Below, piece by piece: positions 11,787-21,386 of a DNA stretch of 64,000 nt. The stretch is from an uncultured bacterium (GTDB taxonomy: Bacteria; Patescibacteriota; Minisyncoccia; UBA6257; 2-01-FULL-56-20): assembly GCA_963725235.1 (NCBI GenBank), contig CAVRXN010000003.1, forward strand, positions 139,204 through 203,203. Direction: 5' to 3'. A program made the position numbers and the translations under genes. Positions within the stretch are counted from its first letter, which is position 1, and each line of letters starts with the position of its first letter. The notes beneath the pieces were generated by a model. It made no database searches, had not been told where the DNA came from, and saw only the letters and a list, made by a program, of their open reading frames with translations.

Positions 11787-12011
11787 GTGATATCAGTTTA
11801 TATGCTATTCGTCCCGTTCTGGATCGGTGTTGGAGCGTGGCTTTCCTATGAATTGCCATGGATAGGCAAGTTGATAATCCTCATCTCGCCATCCATGGGC
11901 CTAGATCCTAAAGTGGACATCAAGGCAGTCAAAGTGCTGTCATCAATCGTCGGTGCTGGCATTGGCCTTCTGTTTGGGCTATGGCTATTCATCCGACTGT
12001 TTGGCTCATAA
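11787..12011 (+). CDS. hypothetical small membrane protein
   Basis: 74 aa with two predicted TM helices. AAAGGAG lies 6 nt upstream of the GTG start. Confidence 0.5.
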   Translation: MISVYMLFVPFWIGVGAWLSYELPWIGKLIILISPSMGLDPKVDIKAVKVLSSIVGAGIGLLFGLWLFIRLFGS

Positions 12012-12028
12012 AGCTATTCAACCCAACC

Positions 12029-12062
12029 GGGCGCGCGACCACCACATCGCGCGCCCTTTTTG
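12029..12062 (+). terminator. rho-independent terminator
   Basis: GGGCGCGCGA-CCACCACA-TCGCGCGCCC followed by TTTTTG. Confidence 0.7.
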
Positions 12063-12094
12063 TTTCTCGCGGCGCGAATTGCTACAATGAACGC

Positions 12095-12820
12095 ATGAAA
12101 CTCCGCCTAGAATTTATCGCGCTCGTCATCGTAGTTGCCGTGATAACGGTCGCAAGTATTCCATTCAATACATACCACTACGCTTCCGCTACGCAATTGA
12201 ATGTCGCCGCCATCGCCAACGTCACGTCGTTCAATGGCGCACTCGCCTGGGTGAAGTCCGCCGGCTACTTCTTAATGTTCATCGCGATGGTGATCGAAGG
12301 TCCGGTCATAACGTCAGCCGCCGCATTCGCCGCCGCGCTCGGCTATTTTAATATTTTTATAATCTTCCTCTTATCGATCGCCGGCGACCTTGTCGGTGAT
12401 TTCATCTACTACGGCATCGGCTACTTTGGCCGCGTGCGTTTCGTCGAAAAATATGGACATAAAGTCGGCCTGACCGAACAACGGCTTAAGCACATGGAGC
12501 GGCTGATCGAAACGCATCCGAAGAAGACGCTCGCCGCCGTCAAGCTCGCACCACTCCTTCCCGCACCCGGCCTGATGATGATCGGGGCCGCACGCATGCC
12601 GCTGCGCCGCTACGCGTGGATAACATTTCTCGTCACGCTGCCGAAGACCCTGCTCTTCATGGCGCTCGGCTTTTATTTCGGCGCAGCCTACGATCGCTTC
12701 GCAACCGTCTTCGCGAATGGCGAATACTTCATCCTGATCGCCGTCGGCGCAATCGTCATCGCCTTCTACGCATACAAGAAAATAAGCGCCGTGGTATCGA
12801 CAAGGCTTGAAACTATTTAG
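12095..12820 (+). CDS. DedA family membrane protein (second paralog)
   Basis: ORF 11981-12820 trimmed to ATG 12095 (MKLRLEFIAL...). Shares MVIEGPVITSAAAFAAALGYF...GDFIYYGIGYFGR with the 8855 paralog. TACAAT at 12083-12088 lies 6 nt upstream of the ATG. Confidence 0.8.
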   Translation: MKLRLEFIALVIVVAVITVASIPFNTYHYASATQLNVAAIANVTSFNGALAWVKSAGYFLMFIAMVIEGPVITSAAAFAAALGYFNIFIIFLLSIAGDLVGDFIYYGIGYFGRVRFVEKYGHKVGLTEQRLKHMERLIETHPKKTLAAVKLAPLLPAPGLMMIGAARMPLRRYAWITFLVTLPKTLLFMALGFYFGAAYDRFATVFANGEYFILIAVGAIVIAFYAYKKISAVVSTRLETI

Positions 12821-12872
12821 GGTTGTGGTATAGTAACTTTCAGTAGTTGATTTCACTTTTTGGAGAGCTTGC

Positions 12873-13202
12873 TTGAAGATAAATGACGAATTGAGACTAA
12901 AAGCTGGCTTCTATGCCGGCTTACGGGGACTGGTCAAAGAGAATATCAAAGACCGGATCTACCTTCTCGGAGTACGTCGGGGCGATGCCTATTACCATAA
13001 TCACTGGCTCGTCACGAAAGAGGAGTGTCAAGTTCCAGAGATTCATCCTCGCGAACCTGAACTCGTATTCTCTGGCCTCATGCAACACGTCGGAGCGACG
13101 GTGACCGTCCTGCGACGAAAAATGGGAACCTCGCCCAGATTCACGGAGCACGACCTAGAGCAAATGGCATTCTTCAGCTCATTTGCAACGCAAGTAACCT
13201 AG
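12873..13202 (+). CDS. hypothetical protein
   Basis: 109-aa ORF with a TTG start and GGAGAG 5 nt upstream. No motif recognised. Confidence 0.4.
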   Translation: MKINDELRLKAGFYAGLRGLVKENIKDRIYLLGVRRGDAYYHNHWLVTKEECQVPEIHPREPELVFSGLMQHVGATVTVLRRKMGTSPRFTEHDLEQMAFFSSFATQVT

Positions 13203-13220
13203 CCAGCATTAACTCCCCCG

Positions 13221-13260
13221 CGCGGCGCGCCGAAACCCTCGGCCGCCGCGTTCTATTTTT
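13221..13260 (+). terminator. rho-independent terminator
   Basis: CGCGGCG-C-GCCGA-AACCC-TCGGC-CGCCGCG followed by TTCTATTTTT. Confidence 0.65.
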
Positions 13261-13296
13261 CAGCGCGTTCCACTGGAAAACAGGCCATTTCCGCGC

Positions 13297-13302
13297 TATA
13301 AT
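13297..13302 (+). promoter_or_regulatory. -10 box TATAAT 6 nt upstream of ATG (leaderless GT4 gene)
   Basis: TGGAAA-17-TATAAT-aaccca-ATG(13309). No Shine-Dalgarno possible. Confidence 0.5.
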
Positions 13303-13308
13303 AACCCA

Positions 13309-14523
13309 ATGCGCATTGCGATCTGTTCGGATAACTTTTATCCGGAACTCTCGGGGATTTCCGATTCGGTGATCAGCTTGGCAAAAGAACTCGCAAAACG
13401 CGGGCACCAGATTCATTTCTATGCGCCGCGCTATTCGGCGGCCGAGTTCGCGAAATCGAATCTGCCGGACCGAGAGCTCGACCTCGGCCCGAATGTCGGT
13501 TTCACGCGTTTCGTTTCTTCATACTTCGGCTCCGGCTCCGGCCAGGGCCGCATGGTCTTGCCGTACGGTCTCCGCTGGCTCCAAGTCCGCGAATTCGACC
13601 CCGATGTCATCCACACGCAAACTTTTTTCGGCGTCGGCATGGAAGCGCTCCTCGCAAGCCGCGCGCTCCACAAGCCCCTCGTCGGCACGAACCATACCGC
13701 CATTAAAAGTTTCTTAATTTATAACCCGATCAAAACAAAATGGATGGATACCGGCATCATTAAATACGTCAACTGGTTCTACGGCCGGTGCGAAATCGTG
13801 ACCGCACCATCGCGCTCGGTCTTCACCGAAATGGAAGCCGAAGGATTCCACAAAAACGGCATCGCGCTTTCGAATCCGATCGAAACAGAAATTTTCAAAC
13901 CGCTCGCGAACCGCGACGCGTTGCGCAAAAAATTTAAAATCGGCGAGAACGCGATCATCCATGCCGGTCGCCTCGCAAAAGAACGCAGCATCGACGTCAT
14001 GATCCGCGCGCTGCCGCTCGTGCGCCGCACGATTCCGGATGCGGAGCTCGTTTTCTCCGGCCGCGGTGCGGATGAACAAGAATTCCGAAAACTCGCGAAA
14101 GATCTCGGCGTCGAAAACGCAGTTAAATTCCTCGGCTTCCTCGACCAGCCCGAACTCGTCGAAGTCTACAATGCCGGCAAAGTGTTCGCGATAACAAGCA
14201 CGAGTGACACGCAAAGCATGGTCATGATGCAGGCGATGGCATGCGGCATCCCGGTCGTCGGCGTGAATGCACGAGCGCTGCCGGAATATATCAACGAAAC
14301 GAACGGCTTCATAGTCGACCCCGGCGACCCAACAGCGCTCGCTGAACGGCTCGTCGCGGTCTTGAAAGATCCGAAGCTTGAAGCTACACTGGGTGCCGGT
14401 GGCCGTAAAACCGCGCTCCAGTTCTCGCCGGAGCGAATCGCCGACCGCTGGGAAGCCATCTACCGGGCGGCAATCGACCGGCACGGCGAACGGCGCGCCC
14501 GCGAACGCAGCGGAAACCGCTAA
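13309..14523 (+). CDS. GT4 family glycosyltransferase
   Basis: 404 aa, MRIAICSDNFYPELSGISDSV N-terminus and C-terminal GT1/GT4 motif (FAITSTSDTQSMVMMQAMACGIPVVG). Confidence 0.85.
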   Translation: MRIAICSDNFYPELSGISDSVISLAKELAKRGHQIHFYAPRYSAAEFAKSNLPDRELDLGPNVGFTRFVSSYFGSGSGQGRMVLPYGLRWLQVREFDPDVIHTQTFFGVGMEALLASRALHKPLVGTNHTAIKSFLIYNPIKTKWMDTGIIKYVNWFYGRCEIVTAPSRSVFTEMEAEGFHKNGIALSNPIETEIFKPLANRDALRKKFKIGENAIIHAGRLAKERSIDVMIRALPLVRRTIPDAELVFSGRGADEQEFRKLAKDLGVENAVKFLGFLDQPELVEVYNAGKVFAITSTSDTQSMVMMQAMACGIPVVGVNARALPEYINETNGFIVDPGDPTALAERLVAVLKDPKLEATLGAGGRKTALQFSPERIADRWEAIYRAAIDRHGERRARERSGNR

Positions 14524-14542
14524 GCGGTATAATTAAAAAGAT

Positions 14543-15297
14543 ATGAAACTGAGCTTCGTCATCCCGGCGTACAACGAAGAGGCCGGCATCGGCGCCTGCC
14601 TCGACGCGAATCGGCGCACAAAAGAGCGCGCCACGACATCGAGATCATCGTCGTCAACAATGCGTCGACCGACGGCACGGCAGCGGCAATTGAAAAATAT
14701 ATTAAAAAATATCCGGGCATCAAACTCGTCAATGAACCGGAAAAGGGCATCGTCCATGCCCGCCGCGCCGGCTACCTCGCCTCGACCGGCGAGCTGATCG
14801 CGAATGTCGACGCCGACACGCGCATAACGCCAGGATGGATCGATCGCGTTCTCGCCGAGTTCGCGCGCGACCCGAAGCTCGTCGGCGTCTCCGGCCCATT
14901 CATCTATTACGACGTTTCCCGCTCGGTACGGTTCATCACGCGCGTCTTCTATTACATCGGCTTCGTATTCTATATTGTCATCCGTTTCGTATTCCACGTC
15001 GGCTCGATCCTTCAAGGCGGCAATTTCGTCGTTCGCCGTGACGCGCTCGAAAAAATCGGCGGCTATGACACCAACATCAGCTTCTATGGCGAGGATACGG
15101 ATGTCGCGCGACGCCTGAGCAAAGTCGGCCACGTGAAATTCACGTTCGCGCTTCCCGCACTCTCCTCCGGCCGTCGCCTGGCAAAAGAAGGCAGCATCAC
15201 CGCCGGCTTCCGCTACGCGATGAACATCGTCTGGATAACATTTTTCAAACAACGCAAAAACAAAAACCTACGAAGACGTGCGTACAAAAACCAATGA
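14543..15297 (+). pseudogene. GT2 family glycosyltransferase with one frameshift
   Basis: MKLSFVIPAYNEEAGIGACLDA is in frame 1. From 14632 another frame reads HDIEIIVVNNASTDGT...VDADT...GGNFVVRRDALEKIGGYD...EDTDV to TGA 15295-15297. The indel lies between about 14605 and 14631. Confidence 0.85.
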
Positions 15298-16640
15298 CCA
15301 ATCGCACTAAAATTTTTCTATTATTTCTCGGCGACATCGTCGCGCTCTACGTTGCGCTATTCTTAACACTCATCGTCCGCTATGGCTGCGGTTCATCCGA
15401 TAACTTTATCGATACAAATCTCATCCCCTTCTCCATAATCTTTATCATCTGGCTCATCATTTTTTTCATCGCCGGCCTCTACGACCTTCGCCGCCTGCGC
15501 GACAATCTCGATTTCGTAAAAACAGCTGTGGCTCGCGATCGTAACGAGCGCTATAATTTCCATCGTAATCTTCTACGCCATCCCATTCTTCGGCATCACC
15601 CCAAAAACTAATCTTATTTATTTTCGTCAATCATTTTCGCCATCGTTGAAACGCTCTGGCGCCGCGCGTTCAACCGCGCGACAAGCACGGGCGAAGCGCC
15701 AAACCGAGTTATTGCTGATCGGCAACGGCGATGCGGTCATTGAAGTGGAACGAGCGGTGCGGGAAAATCCCCAGCTCGGCTACGAGATCGGCGCGCGCTT
15801 GAACGAATCGGATGCACTCGCAACGCCGGATTCGTTGACGCAAACGCCATACATGAAAAAAATATTAACTGCGTCGTCGTCCCACGTTCGCTGAAACGCG
15901 CAGGCCATCTGCCGGCAACGCTCTATAAATTGTTCGCCTCGGGCATTCTCGTTATGGATTTGCCCAATTTCTACGAAACCGTGATGCGCAAAGTGCCACT
16001 TGCCGATCTCGAAGAAACCTGGTTTCTGGAGAACATCGAGAGCTCGGCGCAGTTTTATGATCCATTGAAACGCGCCTGGGAATTTATTGCCGCCCTCGTG
16101 ATCGGCATCGTACTGCTACCGTTTGAAATCTTGATCGCGCTCATCGTCGTCATCAGTTCCCCCGGCCCGATCATCTATAAACAAACGCGTGTCGGCAAAA
16201 ACGGCCACGAATTCATGTTCTATAAATTCCGCATCGATGCGCCGCAGCGACGCCGAACGCCAGCGGCGCCCAATGGGCCCCCGGAAAAAGCGATACCCGC
16301 ATAACTCCGTTCGGCCGCTTCCTCCGCGCATCGCATCTCGACGAACTGCCGCAACTTTGGAACATCCTGCGCGGCGACATCTCGTTCGTCGGCCCGCGGC
16401 CCGAACGGCCCGAATTCGTCGCGAAGCTGCGAAAAGCAAATCCCCTATTACGAAACGCGGTTGCTAACGAAACCAGGTATAACCGGCTGGGCGCAGCTGA
16501 ACCACCGCGCCGACATCGACCTCGAAGACGTCCGGCAAAAATTGCAGTATGATATATATTATCTGAAGAACAGGTCGCTCATCCTCGACCTCGCGATCAT
16601 CGCAAAAACCGGCAAATCACTATTTAGCAACCCAACATAA
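15294..16640 (+). pseudogene. polyprenyl-phosphate sugar phosphotransferase (WbaP/EpsL-type 'bacterial sugar transferase'), multiply frameshifted
   Basis: Start overlaps the GT2 stop (ATGA). TM-rich N-terminus. Catalytic domain pieces [52 protein letters not shown] and [11 protein letters not shown] lie in different frames. One example is an extra g in aaaa-g-caaatc near 16438. Confidence 0.85.
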
Positions 16641-16641
16641 C

Positions 16642-17553
16642 ATGAAAATAATCGTAACAGGCGGCGCCGGATTTATAGCATCACACGTCGTCGACGCCTA
16701 TATCGCAGCCGGGCATAAAGTCGCGATTATTGATAACCTGTCGAGCGGCTCGCGGAAAAATATAAATCCGCGGGCGAATTTTTATAAAGCCGATATTCGC
16801 AATGCGGCGCAGCTCCGCAAAATCTTTGCCAACGAGCGCCCGGATGTCGTAAACCATCATGCGGCGTTTATTAGTGTGCCTGACTCTGTGAAAGAACCCG
16901 CAACAACCTTTGGTATCAACGTTACGGGGACTCTGAATGTCCTGCTCGCATTCGGCGAAACAAAATCGAAACCAAAAAAAATCATTTTTTCTTCGACCGG
17001 TGGCGCAATCTACGGCAACCCCAAAAAAACGCCCGCAGACGAAAACACTCCGGCGAATCCATTGTCGCCCTACGCACTCTCAAAACAGATCGACGAAGAA
17101 ATGATCCGTTATTTTTGCGGCGTGTACGATATAGATTATTTGATCCTCCGCTACGCAAATGCCTACGGCCCACGCCAGAAAGCGCAGGGCGGCGCAGGCG
17201 TCTTCCCGATATTTACCGAACTGATCACGAAAGGCGTCCGCCCAACGATTTTCGGCGATGGCAAGAAAACGCGCGACTATATCTACGTCGGCGACCTGGC
17301 GCGTGCAAACGTGCTCGGATTGAAAAAAGTAGAAAATGAAACGGTAAACATCGGCACGGCGCGCGCGACCTCGGATTATCAGGTCTTCAGGGCAATCGCC
17401 GATGCGCTCGGTTTCAAAAAAGAACCGTTCTACACGCCGAAGCGTAAAGGCGAAGTCCAGGACATTTCGCTCAGCAATAAGAAAGCAAAGCGGCTCCTCG
17501 GATGGAAGCCGAAGATGAAATTCGAAGAAGGGGTGAAGAAAACGGTTGGTTGA
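16642..17553 (+). CDS. NAD-dependent nucleotide-sugar epimerase (GalE-like extended SDR)
   Basis: MKIIVTGGAGFIASHVV (GxxGxxG), DNLSSG and the YALSK catalytic YxxxK. Confidence 0.8.
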   Translation: MKIIVTGGAGFIASHVVDAYIAAGHKVAIIDNLSSGSRKNINPRANFYKADIRNAAQLRKIFANERPDVVNHHAAFISVPDSVKEPATTFGINVTGTLNVLLAFGETKSKPKKIIFSSTGGAIYGNPKKTPADENTPANPLSPYALSKQIDEEMIRYFCGVYDIDYLILRYANAYGPRQKAQGGAGVFPIFTELITKGVRPTIFGDGKKTRDYIYVGDLARANVLGLKKVENETVNIGTARATSDYQVFRAIADALGFKKEPFYTPKRKGEVQDISLSNKKAKRLLGWKPKMKFEEGVKKTVG

Positions 17554-17608
17554 CGAAGCACTTTTTTTACTCCTGGGATTGTTTCTTTAATCCCCGCTGG
17601 CGGTATTT

Positions 17609-18085
17609 TTATTGTTCGGCCCGAACTCGTTTCAGATAATCTTCAAGAAGCCACGAGCTCGATTGAATTTTCCCGCCATCGCCAATGTTAAAAATCATAT
17701 CAATACCAAGCTTCTTGCACGTATTGATATCGCGGTAGAGTGACGAAACAGGGTCCGCCGCATCCCGTTCGTTCCGATCGCCGCCATTCGCAAAAATATC
17801 GGGCTTGAGTTCTGCCAATTCCGCGGCGACACTCATGTCGGCCGGGTTCGGCAAATGCTTTGTGACAAATACCTCATCAACTGCCCGCAACCCCCGAATC
17901 ACCTCAGCCCGCTCTGCTTCGGGCATAAAAATATGGTGCTTCTTCGCCCGGAGCCAATTGTCGTTGTTAAGAATGACGACAAGCCGGTCTCCCAGCACCC
18001 GGGCACGTTCAAAAAGCCGAACATGACCGATATGGATCGGGTCAAACCCCCCGGAAACAGCGACGATGATTGGCTTTGAACTCAT
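17609..18085 (-). CDS. cytidylyltransferase-fold nucleotidyltransferase (RfaE domain II / HldC-like heptose-1-P adenylyltransferase candidate)
   Basis: VAVSGGFDPIHIGHVRLFERA (HxGH motif), 158 aa. Specificity is inferred from the context of heptose genes. Confidence 0.65.
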   Translation of the reverse strand: MSSKPIIVAVSGGFDPIHIGHVRLFERARVLGDRLVVILNNDNWLRAKKHHIFMPEAERAEVIRGLRAVDEVFVTKHLPNPADMSVAAELAELKPDIFANGGDRNERDAADPVSSLYRDINTCKKLGIDMIFNIGDGGKIQSSSWLLEDYLKRVRAEQ

Positions 18086-18111
18086 TTTGATATATTCTTA
18101 CGATACGACAA

Positions 18112-18903
18112 ATGAAGCGGAATTGGAAAGACTATATATCATTAAAGGCAATAAAGCACCTTGCCTACCTACCCCCTACCGTGATCCGGGTAAAGAACTG
18201 GCCCGAGTTCATTTCAAACTATCTCGGCCTCTCAAGTGGCTGCCCCGTCTATCGACTTCGAGACGGCACCACGATCGTAACCAACGGCGTGACCGACGTC
18301 GCCACTATTTTGGACATTTATTTCCGGAAGGACTATGGCGATGTCGCCGACGGCTCGACGATCATCGACGTCGGCGCGAACATCGGCGTCTATGCGATCT
18401 ATGCCGCCACTCATTCAAAGGGTTCGAAAATTTTTGCGTTCGAGCCGGCGCCGCAGGAATTCAAGATGCTGACAGAAAATATTACAATAAATCATCTGGA
18501 ACATAACATCTTCGCCGAACACGCCGCGGTCTCCGGTAAAAATGAAACGCGAATATTATTTTTGAACGGCGGCCCGCATAACTCTATATATGAACACTGG
18601 GAAAATGCCGAGCCGCTGGAAATCGACTGCATATCGCTCGCAAACATTTTCGAGAAAAATAATATTGAGCGATGTGATATGCTCAAGATGGACTGCGAGG
18701 GCTCGGAATTCGAGATTTTCCAGTCAGCGCCGGACGCTCTGTTCGAGAGAATCCACGCGATCAGGATGGAATATCATTGCGCGCCGACTGCGCCAATGAC
18801 CATCGAACAGCTGCTCGCCTTTTTAGAATCAAAAGGGTATAAGATAATAAAGTACGAACCGGGACCCGACGGACGTGGCCTCATATGGGCGGAACGAAGA
18901 TAA
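18112..18903 (+). CDS. FkbM family methyltransferase
   Basis: IIDVGANIGVYAIYAA...FAFEPAPQEF...MLKMDCEGSEFEIF, typical FkbM signature. Confidence 0.8.
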   Translation: MKRNWKDYISLKAIKHLAYLPPTVIRVKNWPEFISNYLGLSSGCPVYRLRDGTTIVTNGVTDVATILDIYFRKDYGDVADGSTIIDVGANIGVYAIYAATHSKGSKIFAFEPAPQEFKMLTENITINHLEHNIFAEHAAVSGKNETRILFLNGGPHNSIYEHWENAEPLEIDCISLANIFEKNNIERCDMLKMDCEGSEFEIFQSAPDALFERIHAIRMEYHCAPTAPMTIEQLLAFLESKGYKIIKYEPGPDGRGLIWAERR

Positions 18904-18918
18904 TTATTAAACAAATCT

Positions 18919-19905
18919 ATGCGCAAAAAAATAATGATCGTGGGCGGAGCCGGCTTCATCGGAAGCCATTTTACGGATCGACTATTAAACGACCCAACCG
19001 TCGAAATCGTAACGTTGTACGATAACTTTTCATCAGGCCGGGAATGGCACTATGCCGCACACGCGAGCGACCCGCGCCTCCGTGTCGTCCGCGGCGATGT
19101 TAAAGATACCGCCGCGCTCGTCGAAGCGATGCGCGGCGCAGCACACGGCGGCCACGATACCGTCATCCACCTCGCCTCAAACCCGGATATTGCCCGGGCA
19201 ATGACCGAACCCGATATCGACTTCCGCGAAGGCACGTTCTTGACGCAGCAGATCGTCGAAGCCATGCGCATAACCGGCACGCCGTCCATCTTGTACGCCT
19301 CCGGCAGCGGCGTGTATGGCGACATCGGCTCGATTGAGGCCGGCGAAGATTACTCACCCATGATCCCTTCCTCGACGTACGGCGCGAGCAAACTCGCCGG
19401 CGAAGCGCTGATCGCCTCGTACTGTGCCATGTTCGATCTGCGCGGCACTGCATTCCGCTTCGGCAATGTCGTCGGCCCACGCCAAACGCACGGTGTCGGC
19501 TTCGATTTTGTACGGCGACTGCTCGCCGATCCAACATCCCTCAGAATTTTAGGCGACGGGTCACAGAGCAAATCATATGTATACGTCGAGGATATTGTTA
19601 ATGCCGTTTTGCTCGCACATGAAAAAAAGATTAAGCCGTTCGAAGTTTTTAATGTTGCGACCGGCGACTATATTACCGTCAAAGAGATCGCCGGACTCGC
19701 CATTGAGGTCGTCGGACTCGAACCCGACGCCGTGAAATTCGAATACACCGGCGGCAATCGCGGCTGGAAGGGCGATGTCCCTATAGTCCGGCTGAATACC
19801 GACCGCATAAGGGCACTCGGCTGGAGCAACAAGCGAAACACGCGCGAAGCGCTGCGCGACTCGATGAAGTCGCTCCTCGTGGATGCGAAAGAAGGAAAGT
19901 TGTAA
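18919..19905 (+). CDS. NAD-dependent epimerase/dehydratase (extended SDR)
   Basis: IMIVGGAGFIGSHFTDRL and YGASKLAGE (YxxxK). Confidence 0.8.
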   Translation: MRKKIMIVGGAGFIGSHFTDRLLNDPTVEIVTLYDNFSSGREWHYAAHASDPRLRVVRGDVKDTAALVEAMRGAAHGGHDTVIHLASNPDIARAMTEPDIDFREGTFLTQQIVEAMRITGTPSILYASGSGVYGDIGSIEAGEDYSPMIPSSTYGASKLAGEALIASYCAMFDLRGTAFRFGNVVGPRQTHGVGFDFVRRLLADPTSLRILGDGSQSKSYVYVEDIVNAVLLAHEKKIKPFEVFNVATGDYITVKEIAGLAIEVVGLEPDAVKFEYTGGNRGWKGDVPIVRLNTDRIRALGWSNKRNTREALRDSMKSLLVDAKEGKL

Positions 19906-19919
19906 TCACGCCAACCGCC

Positions 19920-21386
19920 ATGTGGGCCCGCATCAAATCATTTTTATTTAAAAATAAGACAGCGAAGCAAACCGTCGCGAAGAATACGATTTGGCTTACC
20001 ATATCAAATTTCGGCGGCCGGTTGATCAAGGCCGCCATTATTATTTATGCCGCACGCGTACTGGGCGCTTCGGAATATGGCGTCTTCTCGTATGCGGTTA
20101 CGCTTGCAGGATTTCTCGGCATTTTCACCGATCCAGGACTTAATTCTGTTTTAATGCGAGATGCATCGAAAGCGACGAACGATGACCGCCGTGAAATCTT
20201 TTCGGCGACAATCGCGATCAAAGTAGTGGTAGTGGCAGTAAGCGTCGCCGTCATTATTTTCCTTGGCCCATATTTCACGACGCTCGCCGGAGCGAAAATA
20301 CTCCTGCCGATAGCCGCACTTATTCTAACCTTCGACACACTACGCGAATTTTTATTCTCTCTCCTCCGTGCTAAAGAAAAAATGCAATGGGAGGCTGGCA
20401 TCTTTCTCTTCACGAGCTTGGCGATCGTCATTTTTGGATTTGTATTCATGCTGAGAAACCCGACCGCACTTTCACTTGGCTGGGGATATGCGATCGGAAC
20501 TGGCGTAGGTGGCTTGCTGGCGATCGCCGTCGTCTGGAAAGATATAAAGGACGCGTTTGCACATTTCTCCACGAGACTGATAAAACCAGTAGTCCAGGCC
20601 GCATGGCCCTTCGCAATAACAGCCGGCCTCGGCCTACTCTTTACAAATACCGACATTCTCATCATCAGCTGGATGAAAACCGCAGCCGACGTCGGTATCT
20701 ATTCTGCCGCAATCCGGATAATTCAAGTTCTCTATATCGTTCCCGGCATCGTACAAACAAGCACCCTGCCATTATTTTCACGCCTTGCGAACCGCGATAA
20801 CATAAAATTTCGCGCTGCGCTCGAAAAAAGCGTCGGCCTCATATTCCTTATATCACTGCCGCTCGCAATCGGAGGTATCATCCTCGGCACGCAAATTTTG
20901 TCATTGTTGTTTGGCGCCGCCTTCACGAGCGGTAGCCCCGCATTTAAAATATTGCTCGTCACCCTCATCTTTGATTATCCAGGGTCGCTGATTATAAATG
21001 CAATCTTCGCCTACGCGCATCAAAAAAGTTTGATCATAAGTTCGCTGATCGGCGGATTAACGAATGTCGCGTTCGACCTTATCCTCATTCCCCGCTTCGG
21101 CATGACCGGATCCGCCGTCGCGACCCTCATCGCACAGATCGTCACCAATTGGTACATCTGGCACATGATGAAAAAGATCAACTACTTCGAGATAGTGCCA
21201 CATCTGAAGCGCATGTTCGCCGCCGCAATAGTCATGGGAATCGCGACCGCAACGCTCTATTTCGCCGGCGTGAATGTCGTCATAAACGTCATCTTTTCCG
21301 GCGCGCTGTACCTTCTCCTCCTCTACTGGTTCCGTGAACCGGCATTGCGCGAAATGAGAGATATCATCCGGCCGAAGGCGGCGTGA
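19920..21386 (+). CDS. wzx: oligosaccharide flippase (Wzx, MOP superfamily polysaccharide biosynthesis protein)
   Basis: 488 aa, roughly 12-14 TM segments, N-terminal KNTIWLTISNFGGRLIKAAIIIYAARVLG typical of Wzx/PST family proteins. Confidence 0.8.
   Translation: MWARIKSFLFKNKTAKQTVAKNTIWLTISNFGGRLIKAAIIIYAARVLGASEYGVFSYAVTLAGFLGIFTDPGLNSVLMRDASKATNDDRREIFSATIAIKVVVVAVSVAVIIFLGPYFTTLAGAKILLPIAALILTFDTLREFLFSLLRAKEKMQWEAGIFLFTSLAIVIFGFVFMLRNPTALSLGWGYAIGTGVGGLLAIAVVWKDIKDAFAHFSTRLIKPVVQAAWPFAITAGLGLLFTNTDILIISWMKTAADVGIYSAAIRIIQVLYIVPGIVQTSTLPLFSRLANRDNIKFRAALEKSVGLIFLISLPLAIGGIILGTQILSLLFGAAFTSGSPAFKILLVTLIFDYPGSLIINAIFAYAHQKSLIISSLIGGLTNVAFDLILIPRFGMTGSAVATLIAQIVTNWYIWHMMKKINYFEIVPHLKRMFAAAIVMGIATATLYFAGVNVVINVIFSGALYLLLLYWFREPALREMRDIIRPKAA

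Noticed and set aside
13714-15252. Long minus-strand ORFs 13714-14484 and 14533-15252
   Set aside because: They are antisense to the GT4 and GT2 genes, whose plus-strand translations carry clear family motifs. The minus translations are Asp/Arg/Phe-rich with no recognisable domain.
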